Below are positions 1 to 11,400 of a stretch of 64,000 nt of DNA, in pieces. The notes below the pieces were generated by a model. The model was given only the letters and a program-made list of their open reading frames with translations, did not search any database and was not told where the DNA came from. Every line of letters starts with the position of its first letter. Position 1 is the first letter of the stretch. Both the position numbers and the translations under genes were made by a program. Source of the DNA: Schmidtea polychroa (taxonomy: Eukaryota); contig CM097886.1 in assembly GCA_044892525.1 (NCBI GenBank), positions 66,464,001 through 66,528,000 on the forward strand, given 5' to 3'.

Positions 1-968
1 ATTGACTCTAATACTACCCCACCAGGTGGATTAACTTTAGCAGCTTTATTGAATTAAGAAAATTTTCATAACTTAACAAAATAAATTCATAAATTCATAA
101 TTTCGAATAAACATTAACCAAATCTAAAACAACTATCGAATTAAATTAAACTTAAATGAAAAGTAATTAAAACTCCTATAGATTATGGTAGTGATAATCG
201 AGTTTAAAAATCAAATTGAACTTTAATAAAAATTTAAAATTGAACTTTTTTAACTTCATCAGTTTCAAAATTTAGAAAATTATTCTAATCAATGGAAATC
301 TTACCATCTGAGCACAACTTAATTATTACGAATGTCTTATTTAAGTATGATTTTGTCATAAATAAACATTTGGTTGCATTTTATTTTTTTTTTGGTAAAA
401 TAAATGGTTGCGGTTAAAGATTTCCTTAATTAGTATGTATATGGAAAGTTGCAGTAAATTGGGAAAACAATCTCGTGAAAGGGACCAAAGCCAATCGGAC
501 ATAAGCCTTCTATCGGCAGTCCGTGGACCCAAATTAAGTATTTGGCAATTATAGTGCGAATAGCGTGCTCACTTTTTACCTGACACTCACCCACTTGATA
601 CAGTACCAACATTGATCACTCAATGGGTATCAAGCGGTGTGTCACTTGCTTGTATTCTGGGTTACGCTGGAAAGACCACGACGAGGTAAAATGTATGCTT
701 ACCTGTAACCCACCAGTTATATTTAGGAGCTCCTAATGAGGATGCTCCTAAATAAATTTATTCGTGACCATTCATCAGCTGATAGTGTTTAGTCCTCGTG
801 ATCCTCGTAATGATGACACAAATCCGAATACTTGTAATATCGATAACATGGGTAATCTCATGAATGTGGGTACTTAGAACTGCTAATTCTTCAGAAAATA
901 GGACGATCGAAATAGTTTAACATCGTTGTTAATTATCTTAGATACTTATGAACCATTTCAGTATATTT

Positions 969-972
969 CAGT
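969..972 (+). other. Target-site duplication CAGT (partner at 31587-31590)
   Basis: ...tttCAGT|TGTTGG at the left end and CCAACA|CAGTga at the right end. Confidence 0.9.
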
Positions 973-3905
973 TGTTGGGCTAAAACGTGGAGTTTCGAAA
1001 ACTGGAGCGAATAGAAAAGTAATCCTTGAAAAATAAACGAAATAAAATAAAAATATAAAGTACCATCAAATTCTCGCTAATAAATCAAAAAGGAACAATA
1101 AAATATCAATAAGAGAATAAGAATAAGTAAAACAAACTAAATAAAACCCAATAAACCCCTTGAGATTTAGAAATAAAGCGATTTAGGACCCAGCAGATGA
1201 AATAGAATAAAATAAGTAAAAAAGTGACAACAAATAAAAGAGAAATTTAAGAAATAAATAAAAAATAAAACTATCTTTAAGTCTAATTAAAACAAAAAAT
1301 TATATTACAATAAAGTAGCAATAAATCCACAGGAAAAATAGGAGGAAAATAATAAAAATAAGAAAATAAATAAAATAATAATAGGAAATAAGTTAAGTCA
1401 TTAAAATCTAATATATTATAATAAAAAACATAAAAATAATAATAAATAGAAAAAATACAAACAAGTCGTGTCCTGATTGGACGAAAAATAATATATAAGG
1501 AACGGAAAATATCTGTAGATTACCACTTTTAAAAAATTTTTCTACAGGTAAACTTCGGTTCGTTATATACTACCACTTTTAAAAAATTTTTCTACAGACT
1601 TGACAGATTTCGGAACCTTTAATTATCCTACAGCGAACTAGTTCAGAGATTACCAAACCAAACCGAGGAAGAAATATATAGAGGCCAAACTACAAATCCA
1701 TTCGGGAAAAATTTTAAATTCAACCGATTTAACTTCAGTTTTCGAAACTCAAGGTATGCCTCGACAGTTGTTTTATTTATGGTTATTAGTTTAATTTAGT
1801 TAATCATTATAAATATAATAAAACAATTTCTTATAATAAATTTATTTAAATGAAAAGTTGCCTTTCTTCATGGTACCGACGACTGTACCATCTGAGAGCT
1901 CCCAGTATGATGTGGACGAGTTGGAATTGCACTGCAGTAGAGGACACCACCGTGGAAAGGTTGGTATGCATAAGAAATCACGAACATGCTGAAAAGAGAA
2001 TGTGATATTTGTAGAGAGTGATATTTGTCATATTAGAGATCCACCAAGGAGACGATGAGGTTTCGATCATGTAGGAGGAGCAACATCATACTCGGAGATC
2101 CAAATGATATGGTCGCCGAGTAAATTTTATTTATGCATTTTCTATCATTCAGTTTGATTATTATATTGTTGATTTGATTGAATGGAAAAGAGTTGATTGG
2201 TCCCTCATGACGGTGCAAGGAGGTGGCAGCAATGAATGCCTTCTTGGGTGTGTCGTGAGGGGTGAAGAAACTCAGTAGGTGGAACATCCAGTTAATAAAT
2301 GACCGTTCCTTCATCAAGCGCGATCGTCTGTAGAGCGTACCATCGGTTCATTTAGTTAAATCGAGATTTCCAGTAGATGTAGAGATGATTTGAATTCCGA
2401 ATGCAGACAATTCAGAGCGAGATAGGCAGTGACGTTCGTACAGATTCGATGATAATCCACATAGATAGGAGGAAAATTCTTTTCGTGATATTCAGCCGGT
2501 CAATCGACGTAGTTAGGAAAGAACGGTGTCGACCATAGATTGCAAGTAAATCCAACGATTTTTCGGTGACGCTCTGCGTTTGCAAGGTTCTGTCTGATTT
2601 GTGCCGTCATGATGTTAGCGGCTACATCCATTGTCGATGTACTCTTACGATTTGATTGTCGTCCTTGAGTCACCAATGCCAGTGATAAAGAATCTCTCGC
2701 TGACAGGGAAGTAAACATCTTGTAGTGAAATTATCAAAATTCTTACTTCGAGCCCGCAGACAGTAGTTGTCAACGATAACGAAATCAGTTGATTTGCATT
2801 AGCCTGCGTAGAGTTAGTCGACAGGAGATATCTGATAACGTCCTGGAGAAGGAGATAACATGTTAACTTTTCTGGGAAAATGTCAAATGAATAAGCTGAT
2901 AGTCATTGATCTGAATTAATATCGTAAAAGGAAATTAGATGATATTGTTGAGCTTACCCAATAATCTATGAAGTTGTCGCCCACTCAGATTGATTAATCT
3001 GATTTTTCGATTCATCTACGGCTGCTTATTTGAGGAATCTATTACGCAACCGCTAATATTCCGACTTGAGCATGCACATACACACGCACCACAGTCAAAT
3101 ATGCATAGGGCAGTGTAAAAGGAAATCAACGATTTTGGTGATGTAATAGCGGCATGATGGTATAAATTTCTCTAGAATAGCGAGATAATAGGATGAAGTA
3201 AGGGGATGGATTTCCCCTACACAACTCGATATACAATAATTTATCATAACAGCATAAACCATCATTCGCGGAGATAGCCAACATACAGTTACAGATACCA
3301 CCAGGAGTAATGACACACCTACACAGTCAATCATAATGCATAATCACAAGTAAACGTTTTCCATGACGACGATTTTCGACGCGTTATTGGAATTAATTAG
3401 ATGTAGATTAGAGCTGAATTTTCAACTGATTACACGATCAATTCCATAATTTTGAACGAGATAAAAACATAAATAATCTATTCCGTCGCCGTGAATTATT
3501 TCTCTGTAATGTTAGGCAGGCCTACCTCGACGAATTGCCATAATGATATCGGCAAAAATTCTTAATTAAAATATACTAATGGGAACAAGGTTGAAGGGGA
3601 TAAAGTAAAAGACGGGTTTTACCTGGGAATGGCCCATCCGAAATTAAACTCAAAGGGCGAGGTTTGTGTAGAAAGAATTTTTGGTATACGAATCCCCGTT
3701 TCCTTTTCTTAAATTACACGAATCAGGTGAAGAGATTTGAATGTTTGCAACTGAATGACTGCGTATAGAGATGGATGAAGAAGTGTGTGGGTCATCGTTG
3801 GGTGGTATGTTTGATCAAACTCCAAAACCATGCCCAAAAATTTGATTTTTCTTCACACTGATAGAGGTTTCTTCGAGTAAATATAAACAATGATTGATTT
3901 TCTAG

Positions 3906-4667
3906 ATGGCTACATCGTCCAACAACGCCAAAGAACTTCGCCCGTGTTTTTCTTGTGCGGACAAGAACGCGGATATCGCCCAACTCCACTTATATATCGG
4001 GGCTCTCAAAAAGAGAATTGATCTCTATGAAGGAACGTGGTTCTCCCCGCCACAAATGAAAGAGGAACGCAAGAAAATTCTCCGATTAGAGCATTGCAGG
4101 GACAGCCTGCTAGAGGAAAGCCGTTGTCAGCGGCTCACCATCAAAGCACAGTCAGAAGCCCTCCATAAGGTATATACGGAGGCAGAATTGGCTAAGCGGG
4201 TGCGAGAATTCCCCCTTCTGGATGGGACGAATGTCTTTCCTCGTCACCACCCGTCTCCTACATCTTCCGGCTCGCACTGCCAGGGGCACGGCTCACAACT
4301 GCCGCCCATTCCACCCCCGGTGTTGTCATGTCACCAGCCAAAGATAGGTGGACCTACTGATCCCATCGTAGCTCCAATCTTGGTAGCACCAATCGGTACC
4401 ACGAACACCGAAAAACCCCCGACTACCCGCAAACGGAAACGGCCAACTCGAGCCGAGAAGAACCAAAAACGCCGAGATGCGATGACAGCACTCGAGACGT
4501 CCTTATCGGCGGCGAAATCAAAAATCCAAGAGATAACGTCCTCCCATTCAATCCCCTCAAAGGAAGTCTTCCGCATTGTTCCAGCTGAGGGCATCAAATA
4601 CATTGTAGATAGCCGATTACCGGTCGACATAGATGAGATACTGGCCGATGGGGATAACTTTGTTTAA
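3906..4667 (+). CDS. LTR-encoded orphan protein (253 aa; N-terminal CxxC plus helical region, Pro-rich middle, basic NLS-like RKRKR)
   Basis: ATG-initiated ORF with GC-richer coding-like composition, immediately preceded by an acceptor-like TTTTCTAG and followed by AATAAA at 4798. Confidence 0.7.
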   Translation: MATSSNNAKELRPCFSCADKNADIAQLHLYIGALKKRIDLYEGTWFSPPQMKEERKKILRLEHCRDSLLEESRCQRLTIKAQSEALHKVYTEAELAKRVREFPLLDGTNVFPRHHPSPTSSGSHCQGHGSQLPPIPPPVLSCHQPKIGGPTDPIVAPILVAPIGTTNTEKPPTTRKRKRPTRAEKNQKRRDAMTALETSLSAAKSKIQEITSSHSIPSKEVFRIVPAEGIKYIVDSRLPVDIDEILADGDNFV

Positions 4668-4797
4668 TGTGATGTAAAATTGAGCTTGATTTCCTCTTCA
4701 TTGAGTTGTAAATTATCTCGTGAATGTTGCTAATGTTATATCTTTTTGACTGTTGTTGATCTGTTAGTAGTAATGATATTTTTATCGTTTCAGTGTC

Positions 4798-4803
4798 AAT
4801 AAA
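4798..4803 (+). terminator. Candidate LTR polyadenylation signal (copy at 31173-31178)
   Basis: AATAAA followed by a T/GT-rich tract about 400 bp before the LTR end, a plausible R/U5 position. The hexamer is common in this AT-rich DNA. Confidence 0.45.
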
Positions 4804-5221
4804 ATTTTCTGTTTGATTTTAGTTTTGTCGAGCTTTCATATATTTGTTTGTGCAATTAGAGTAGATGAGATAATGCTGCGGAATGAAGATAATTAAGGTT
4901 GAAGGTTGTTCCTTTGGACCAGGATCAGACCGAGTGACACGCATGTATATGGGTAAGTCCTTCTAAGGCACCGTGGGACCCGAACTGAGAAAGGGTTAGG
5001 AGTAGTCCTAAGGCAGGGGCTCACCTGCTAACCTTTTCCGACCCGTGTGAGCAGCACCAACATGGAACATCACCATGGGCTCATATGTGGGAATATGCAA
5101 TCAATCATTTGGAGTATGTGTAAAAAATGTATAACGGAGCCATGATGCTTGATAGGTGTGATGGAAAGGCATGTATAATTTTTTTTTTTTTTTTCTTCTC
5201 CACATACGCCAACATGATTTT

Positions 5222-5239
5222 TGGGGGCTCAGCCGGGAT
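5222..5239 (+). promoter_or_regulatory. Primer-binding site, tRNA-Pro type
   Basis: TGGGGGCTCAGCCGGGAT matches the complement of the canonical eukaryotic tRNA-Pro 3' end (TGGGGGCTCGTCCGGGAT) at 16/18 positions; it begins 7 nt after the LTR end. Confidence 0.85.
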
Positions 5240-5673
5240 CTATATTGATTTGTTTGATTGTCTATTTTTGTGTTATGATGTGTTAGATTAACAATTTAAT
5301 TAATTATGATAAAAACGGAATCGGGGCTGAAATGAATTATAGTGCAATAAAATGATACGAACTGTCTGAGTTTGAAATAGAGCATGTGGTGAATGAAACG
5401 AACCTAAATGAGTTGGAATGAATGTGATGAAGTATGATGAGAAAAGAAAACGGGAATTGGTTATTGTGGTTAATTTCAACTGGTTAAAATAAAAGGGGGG
5501 GCGGAGAAAGTAAGTGATTAAAGCGAAAAGATGAAAGGGGAACTTCAAAGATCGAATAAAATACAAAAGTTAAAACACTAACGCACAGAAGTCAACGAAT
5601 ACTAAATACAAATATAATAATATTATTTTTAATACCAGCAGGAACAAAATAATAACAACACATTCATTTAGAT

Positions 5674-6153
5674 ATGTCAGAAGCTAGACAACATCTACAA
5701 CAGCTAAGCCGGTTCGTCGAAATAGAAAATGATTCAATAAAAACATTAAGAGAAAAACTGAAACAAATAGAACTGCTAGAACAACAAAGCCACAACGCAC
5801 CGCTGATATCCAAACAAAACTTTCTAACCGACAGATTAGGATCAACAAATACCGATACCGACTTGTCTATTCATTACCAATGGTTTCAGCAACGTCTCGA
5901 CGACCCCGCTCTGAACATCGAATATGTGAGGATACGCGAACGAGTCAAAACTCTGTCTCAGCGGATACGAACATCAATAGTAGAGAAAGCAGCGGCCTTG
6001 AGAACTTGTAACATTTGCAAGATGCGACCTGTCAAAATTCTGATTCTACCTTGTGGGCACCTTAGCCATTGTGACGAATGCGCCGCCGGTTTAATCCGTT
6101 GTTCTATGTGCACATGTGTAATAAAAGAGAAGCACACCATCTACTTCAGTTAG
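5674..6153 (+). CDS. Coiled-coil + C-terminal IAP-type C3HC4 RING protein (putative E3 ligase, no BIR domain)
   Basis: CNICKMRPVKILILPCGHLSHCDECAAGLIRCSMCTCVIKEKHTIYFS-stop matches the IAP/XIAP-type terminal RING spacing and the ending xxF(Y)S. Confidence 0.85.
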   Translation: MSEARQHLQQLSRFVEIENDSIKTLREKLKQIELLEQQSHNAPLISKQNFLTDRLGSTNTDTDLSIHYQWFQQRLDDPALNIEYVRIRERVKTLSQRIRTSIVEKAAALRTCNICKMRPVKILILPCGHLSHCDECAAGLIRCSMCTCVIKEKHTIYFS

Positions 6154-6741
6154 GTATGCGATCGTCGCTCGGTGAAGGAAACTGGATGATTAACAATTAG
6201 ATTAAACATTTTTGATATTTTTGTTCTGAATTAATTCGGTAATGTTTTATAATGATAGCATATATTATTTGTAATGTGGAGTAAATAACTAATAAATCCT
6301 TTCTGTGTATTCATTTCATTATACGAAGTTATAAATCGATTTGTGTTGTTATAATTTTCACCATGAAGAAAGGGCATTTTAAAAATTTAAATTGATTATT
6401 TAAAGTGGAACTAGTCCCATCATAGTGCTAAAGGGGGAATAAACCGAGCCACCTTCGGGAGGTACGATATTGGAACCATTTGGGAAGGGACAACCGATCA
6501 CCCCGAGTAAGAGATGTAAGGCGAGGTACCATCGCGAATATTGAAAAGTTTCTGCGGTATGGCTGATCACCATACCAATGTAGAAATGGATCAATGCGAT
6601 CGTTTTGCGTTTTAAGCAAGGGGGGAAAGGGGAAACCTTCCAAAGCGGTACAGATTAAGTCGACAAATAAAAGTAAAAATAGGAAGATGACAGTATAGAA
6701 TAAAGACAGAAAAGGAACGGAAGCATGCAGAGTTTAGAGAC

Positions 6742-7175
6742 ATTAAGGCCGAGCTGTTGAAAAGTCCAGCCGGTCAGGGAAATTGAAACTGAGCTGTGAA
6801 AAGTCCAGCCAGTCGGAGATATTAAGGCCGAGCTGTTGAAAAGTCCAGCCGGTCAGGAAAAATTAAAACTGAGCTGTGAAAAGCCCAGCCAGTCGGAGAT
6901 ATTAAGGCCGAGCTGTTGAAAAGTCCAGCCGGTCAGGAAAAATTAAAACTGAGCTGTGAAAAGTCCAGCCAGTCGGAGATATTAAGGCCGAGCTGTTGAA
7001 AAGTCCAGCCGGTCAGGAAAAATTAAAACTGAGCTGTGAAAAGTCCAGCCAGTTCGGAGATGAAGAAGATTGAGCTGTTGAATAGTGCCAGCCAGTCGTA
7101 AGATCGAGTTGTTGAATAGTCCAACCGGTCAGGAGAAGAAGATTGAGCTGTTGAAAAGTGCCAGCCAGTCGTAAA
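6742..7175 (+). repeat. Tandem array in the element leader: four 79-80 bp units, each a dimer of ~40-bp subunits, plus degenerate subunits
   Basis: Units start at 6742, 6821, 6901 and 6981; the core GAGCTGT(T)GAAAAGTCCAGCC(A/G)GTC recurs about 11 times. Confidence 0.92.
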
Positions 7176-8401
7176 GGCCTAAAGTAATAGTGAGATAGCA
7201 TTCAAGCTACAAGTTGATAACATTTAAATTACTAGTGAGATGGAATATTAAAGCTAGCTAGAAGCAAAGTGAGTTTGAAATATGGTATTTGAATTTAGAA
7301 AGGATTAAACGAGCTCGTGGGAGGTAATAATGAAATTTTTTTTTTTTGTGAGAAAGAGAAACTGAAAAGGAAAATGAATTAAAAAGATAATGAAAATAAA
7401 GAATAAGTGAGAATAAATGATGAGTAAAAGAGGAAGGTGATTAATTAATTAAAAGGGATCCCAGATAAGTAGACAAAGTTCTACAGAATTTTTTGGTTTA
7501 AACCGGTTAAACGAATTTTGTTTTGGTTACAGAGTAGAACCAAATAAGGGGAAACAGAGATGAAAGATTAAGTAAAATAGCGGAACCGCGTAAAAGGATT
7601 AAGAAAATAGGGGAGGTAATAAGCAGTAACTGACAACGACCTATCGATATTATAAATGCTAACTATAGATAATTTATACGACTATATAGATAATTGTTAC
7701 TACCCCAAATAGATAATTTAAAATCGACGAAAAATATGGGTTGATGGGTAATTATATTCCGCGAAGAAGTGTATGAGGGGAAATGAAGAGAAGTATAACA
7801 GAGGCCCTAAAACGGTGTCTGTGCTTGAATGTGGCAAAAAGGAATGATTGATTCGTGTAAGCAAAGGCAACACGATATCATATTTTCATTGTAGACATCA
7901 ATCCAACCAAGTCAATTCAGAACCAGCTCAAGAGGAATCCAGAGAATATACAAACAACCCAGGAAAAGCAATTCAGAACCCGCACAAAGGAAGACAATAT
8001 CAGAACCGAACTCGACCAATTCAGCAGACGCTAACCGTAGAAAATCCACGTGAAAAGACAGGAAAGAGTAAGAAAGAAACACGGATAAACCCAACCTTAG
8101 ATCTTCAAGTAAGCCAGGAGACGTATTATTTTCAGGAGACGAATTAGATCAACTCAAAAGAGGACGATCATTTAGGCAGCAGAGAGGAATATCACAAGGA
8201 GCAAAAAGACCCCACAAAACACCGATATACGATCAAGAAAACCCCACAGCCGGACATACGCCCAGTCGATCAAGAAGTAGAGAAAGTCTATCCGATATAA
8301 CAAACAACCTAACCGGGTCAACGGAAGAATTATCCGTCCATAGTTTAGCTACATCACTAGAAAATTTAAAAGAAATAATAGCATTTCAAGAACCAATCAA
8401 G

Positions 8402-11400
8402 ATGAATGTAGCAAAAACCGACGAATATAAAGAAAAATTTAGAGGCGAACCGTTCAACGGGAATGCGAACAAGTTGGCAACGTTCATAACCAATTTTGAA
8501 GTCTATATCGATGTGTGTGGATGGACATCCGAAGCAATTAGTAAACGAATGCCTCTGTTTTTGTGCGATAGCGCACTCGAAGTGTATCTGGAAGCAAAAG
8601 AAAGAAATACGAAATTAGACAATTGGGAAAACATCAAAACATTTTTGAGAAAAACATTCGGAGCCAGCAAACCGATAAATCAAGCGTTAGGTGAACTGGC
8701 AAGTAGAAAACAAAGAGCAAACGAGTCAATTACGTTATACGCAAGTGAATTACGAAGATTGGCAAAGAAGGCCATGAACGGAAACTTGCCGGAGGAAAAC
8801 CTAATTGGGTACTTCATAGAAGGACTACGCCGAGAAGAGGTAAGGGCCTCGGTGGGATGTCAAATGTGTAAAACACTAGAGGAAGCTATAGATTGGGCCA
8901 CAAGATGCGAACTACACCTCCCGGCACAAATGAATGTCATGCAAGAGGAAGGAAGAATCGCAACAGCAGCGGTGAAAACGGAAAATGGAGATAACAATAA
9001 TCATGAACCAAAGATGAATCAGTTTATACCAGGTGCGCATCAAATTTTCAAACCACCACAAGGACGATCAAACGGGAATAACAGTGAACGCAACAACTCG
9101 AACAATGGGAACAACTTTAATAATCGACGAAATATGAACGATAACAAACAATGCCGAACATGCGGTAAACCAGGACATTGGGATAGAGATTGTTACCGAA
9201 ACGCAAATTGCAATAGGTGTGGACGACGAGGACACACGGAAAATATATGCCAATCGAGAGGATGTTTTAACTGCGGGCAACCAGGTCATATCTCAAGAGA
9301 CTGTCGAGAAAGGAGCCAACAGCAACGACCACCACAGCGAAATAATAACTATGCACCAAATCCGCAACGACAAAGTAATCCTAGTGAGGGAAAGCAAATG
9401 AATGTGATGCAAGAAATTTCACAAATGAAGCAGATGATGCAACAAATGATGAGACCGAGACAAGAGCAAGTACCACAACCAACCCAGAATATACGCATGA
9501 TGAGAAGCACCGAGAATCTTAACAATTATGAAGTGCAACAACATGCACAAGAATGGCAAAGACTACAAGCTGAAGAAGAAAGGATAAAAAGAGAGCGAAT
9601 TCAGCAGCGACAAGAACAACCACTACGAATAAATATGATGAGGATGGTAAAGGAGATAAAGGAGCAATATTGTTACAATTACGGTAAAAATCCAAGAGTT
9701 GTACCTATGAGCGAACCAGAGAAACCGAAAGAAACAATTCCAGCAGCAAAAAAGGAAAATTCAACAACATCGCTAAAAGGAAATCAGAGAATTCAGAAAA
9801 TATTTTGGAAAAAGATAAAAGATAAAATCGAAAGAGAAAATGAGCAAACAAAAACAGAAGCAGAAGCAGAAAATAACGAAAATGGAAAACAGATCAATCA
9901 TCTAAAGCATAATATGATACGAGAATTAGACTCAGAGGAGCTAACGATACTCGAGAACAAAAAGTTAAAGAAGGTACCAAGAATGAGAAATTTACGAATT
10001 AATATGATGAGGACAACAAAGAAGGTGTTGTCAACAGATGACGATGAGGATTATGTGAGTAGCCTTGGTGGAGAAATGTTACAGTTAAATGAAAATATCG
10101 ACCAACTAAGAGAAAAGATCGGAGCAGATGAGGATGAAAGAGAAAGCGACGTGACAAGCGAAAGCGAAGACGAGAATATCGAAATGAAATTGAGAAAAGA
10201 AAGAGAAGAAGCGATAAAACAAGTAAAGGAAATACTTCCAGTGGTAGTAAGAAACCAGGAGTTCATCGACCTTATACCATATAAACGCTTCTTACAAAAG
10301 ATAATGAAACTAGAAAGAAACGAAAAAGATCTAATACCAAACGAGGAAAAAGCGATAATAAAGAAGTATATGGAAAAAATGAAACAAGCGGAGACAACAC
10401 GGTATGTAATAAAAATCGGAACGAGTAAAGGGCTCGAGAGAATATGGATAAAAAGCACAGTCACAGACGACCTTTTCGATTGGATAAGAGAACATTTGGG
10501 CAGCTCGAGAAAGAAAGAGTATTTATATCAATATCAAGGAGAACAAATTAAGCCAGACATGCACCTAATAGATGCATTGATCTGGCCAGGAGAAACTCAA
10601 ATATTGAAATTGTATAAAGAAAGGCAACCAGCAAATATTCATGAATGGGCTAAAGACGCCAAGGCCGAGTATGACTTTAACCTCAAGCTGAAGCTGGACC
10701 AAATAAAACAATGCACCTTGCGACGAAATCTAGATAAATTAATCAAACAAATTCAAGAACAAGTCGAAGATAACTGGGATTTACTCATAGCAAGACGAAC
10801 TCCAGACATGCATGAACTAATGAGCCGATTACGAGATACAGAATTGCTCAGGATGAGCGATTGGAGAACCATAAATTTGATCCACAAATATGGAAGGTTG
10901 AAAGAAACGCAACCGCAGAAATTAGAAATAACCATATGGTTACCAAACGAGGAGAAACGACGAATAAAGATGAGTAATCAGAGTACGGTGGATGACTTAG
11001 TAACCAAGATAAACCAAGAGATAACGGAAAAAGTACGAAGCGAGAGTAGCGACGGGATGATAGATGACGTAGTCATGATGTACGATAAAATAATATTACG
11101 GGCCGAAGACGACACCTCGCTAAGCGAAATGGGAATGTGGGATAATCATCAAATCATCAGAATATTGCCCATGGACGAATTCCGAACAAGAGATATAACA
11201 TACCAGAAAGAAATACGAGACAGGATGAAAACGCTATATCAAAAATCAGTAGAGATAATTGAAATTCATCAACAGTGGCTAAAAGAAAAAGAGCTTCAAG
11301 GAAAAATAAAGAAACTAAGTGTTAGATCCTGCAGACGAACCCCATGGGAAAGGACGTGGAATGCGGAAAACAAAGAATGGGAAATCAGGAAAGGGATTTT

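Larger units (their letters stand above)
973..5214 (+). repeat. 5' LTR (4,242 bp)
   Basis: Starts TGTTGGGC and ends GCCAACA (6-bp terminal inverted repeat). Repeated at a constant offset of 26,375 bp, and the ORFs inside both copies translate identically. Confidence 0.97.

Noticed and set aside
720-754. 11-bp inverted repeat TATTTAGGAGC / GCTCCTAAATA
   Set aside because: Isolated hairpin with no supporting context.
2033-3989. Short minus-strand ORFs in the LTR (and their copies at 28408-30364)
   Set aside because: All under 100 aa, no recognisable motif, and no consistent way to join them; their duplication simply reflects LTR identity.
6400-6643. Antisense ORFs in the element leader
   Set aside because: Short, non-ATG starts, no motif support.
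6742-7175. CRISPR-like appearance of regularly spaced repeats
   Set aside because: No unique spacers, the context is eukaryotic and there are no cas genes; it is a plain tandem array.
7848-8147. ORF-track 99-aa ORF upstream of gag
   Set aside because: It starts at TTG right after a stop, with no ATG; it is better explained by the gag upstream-extension ambiguity.
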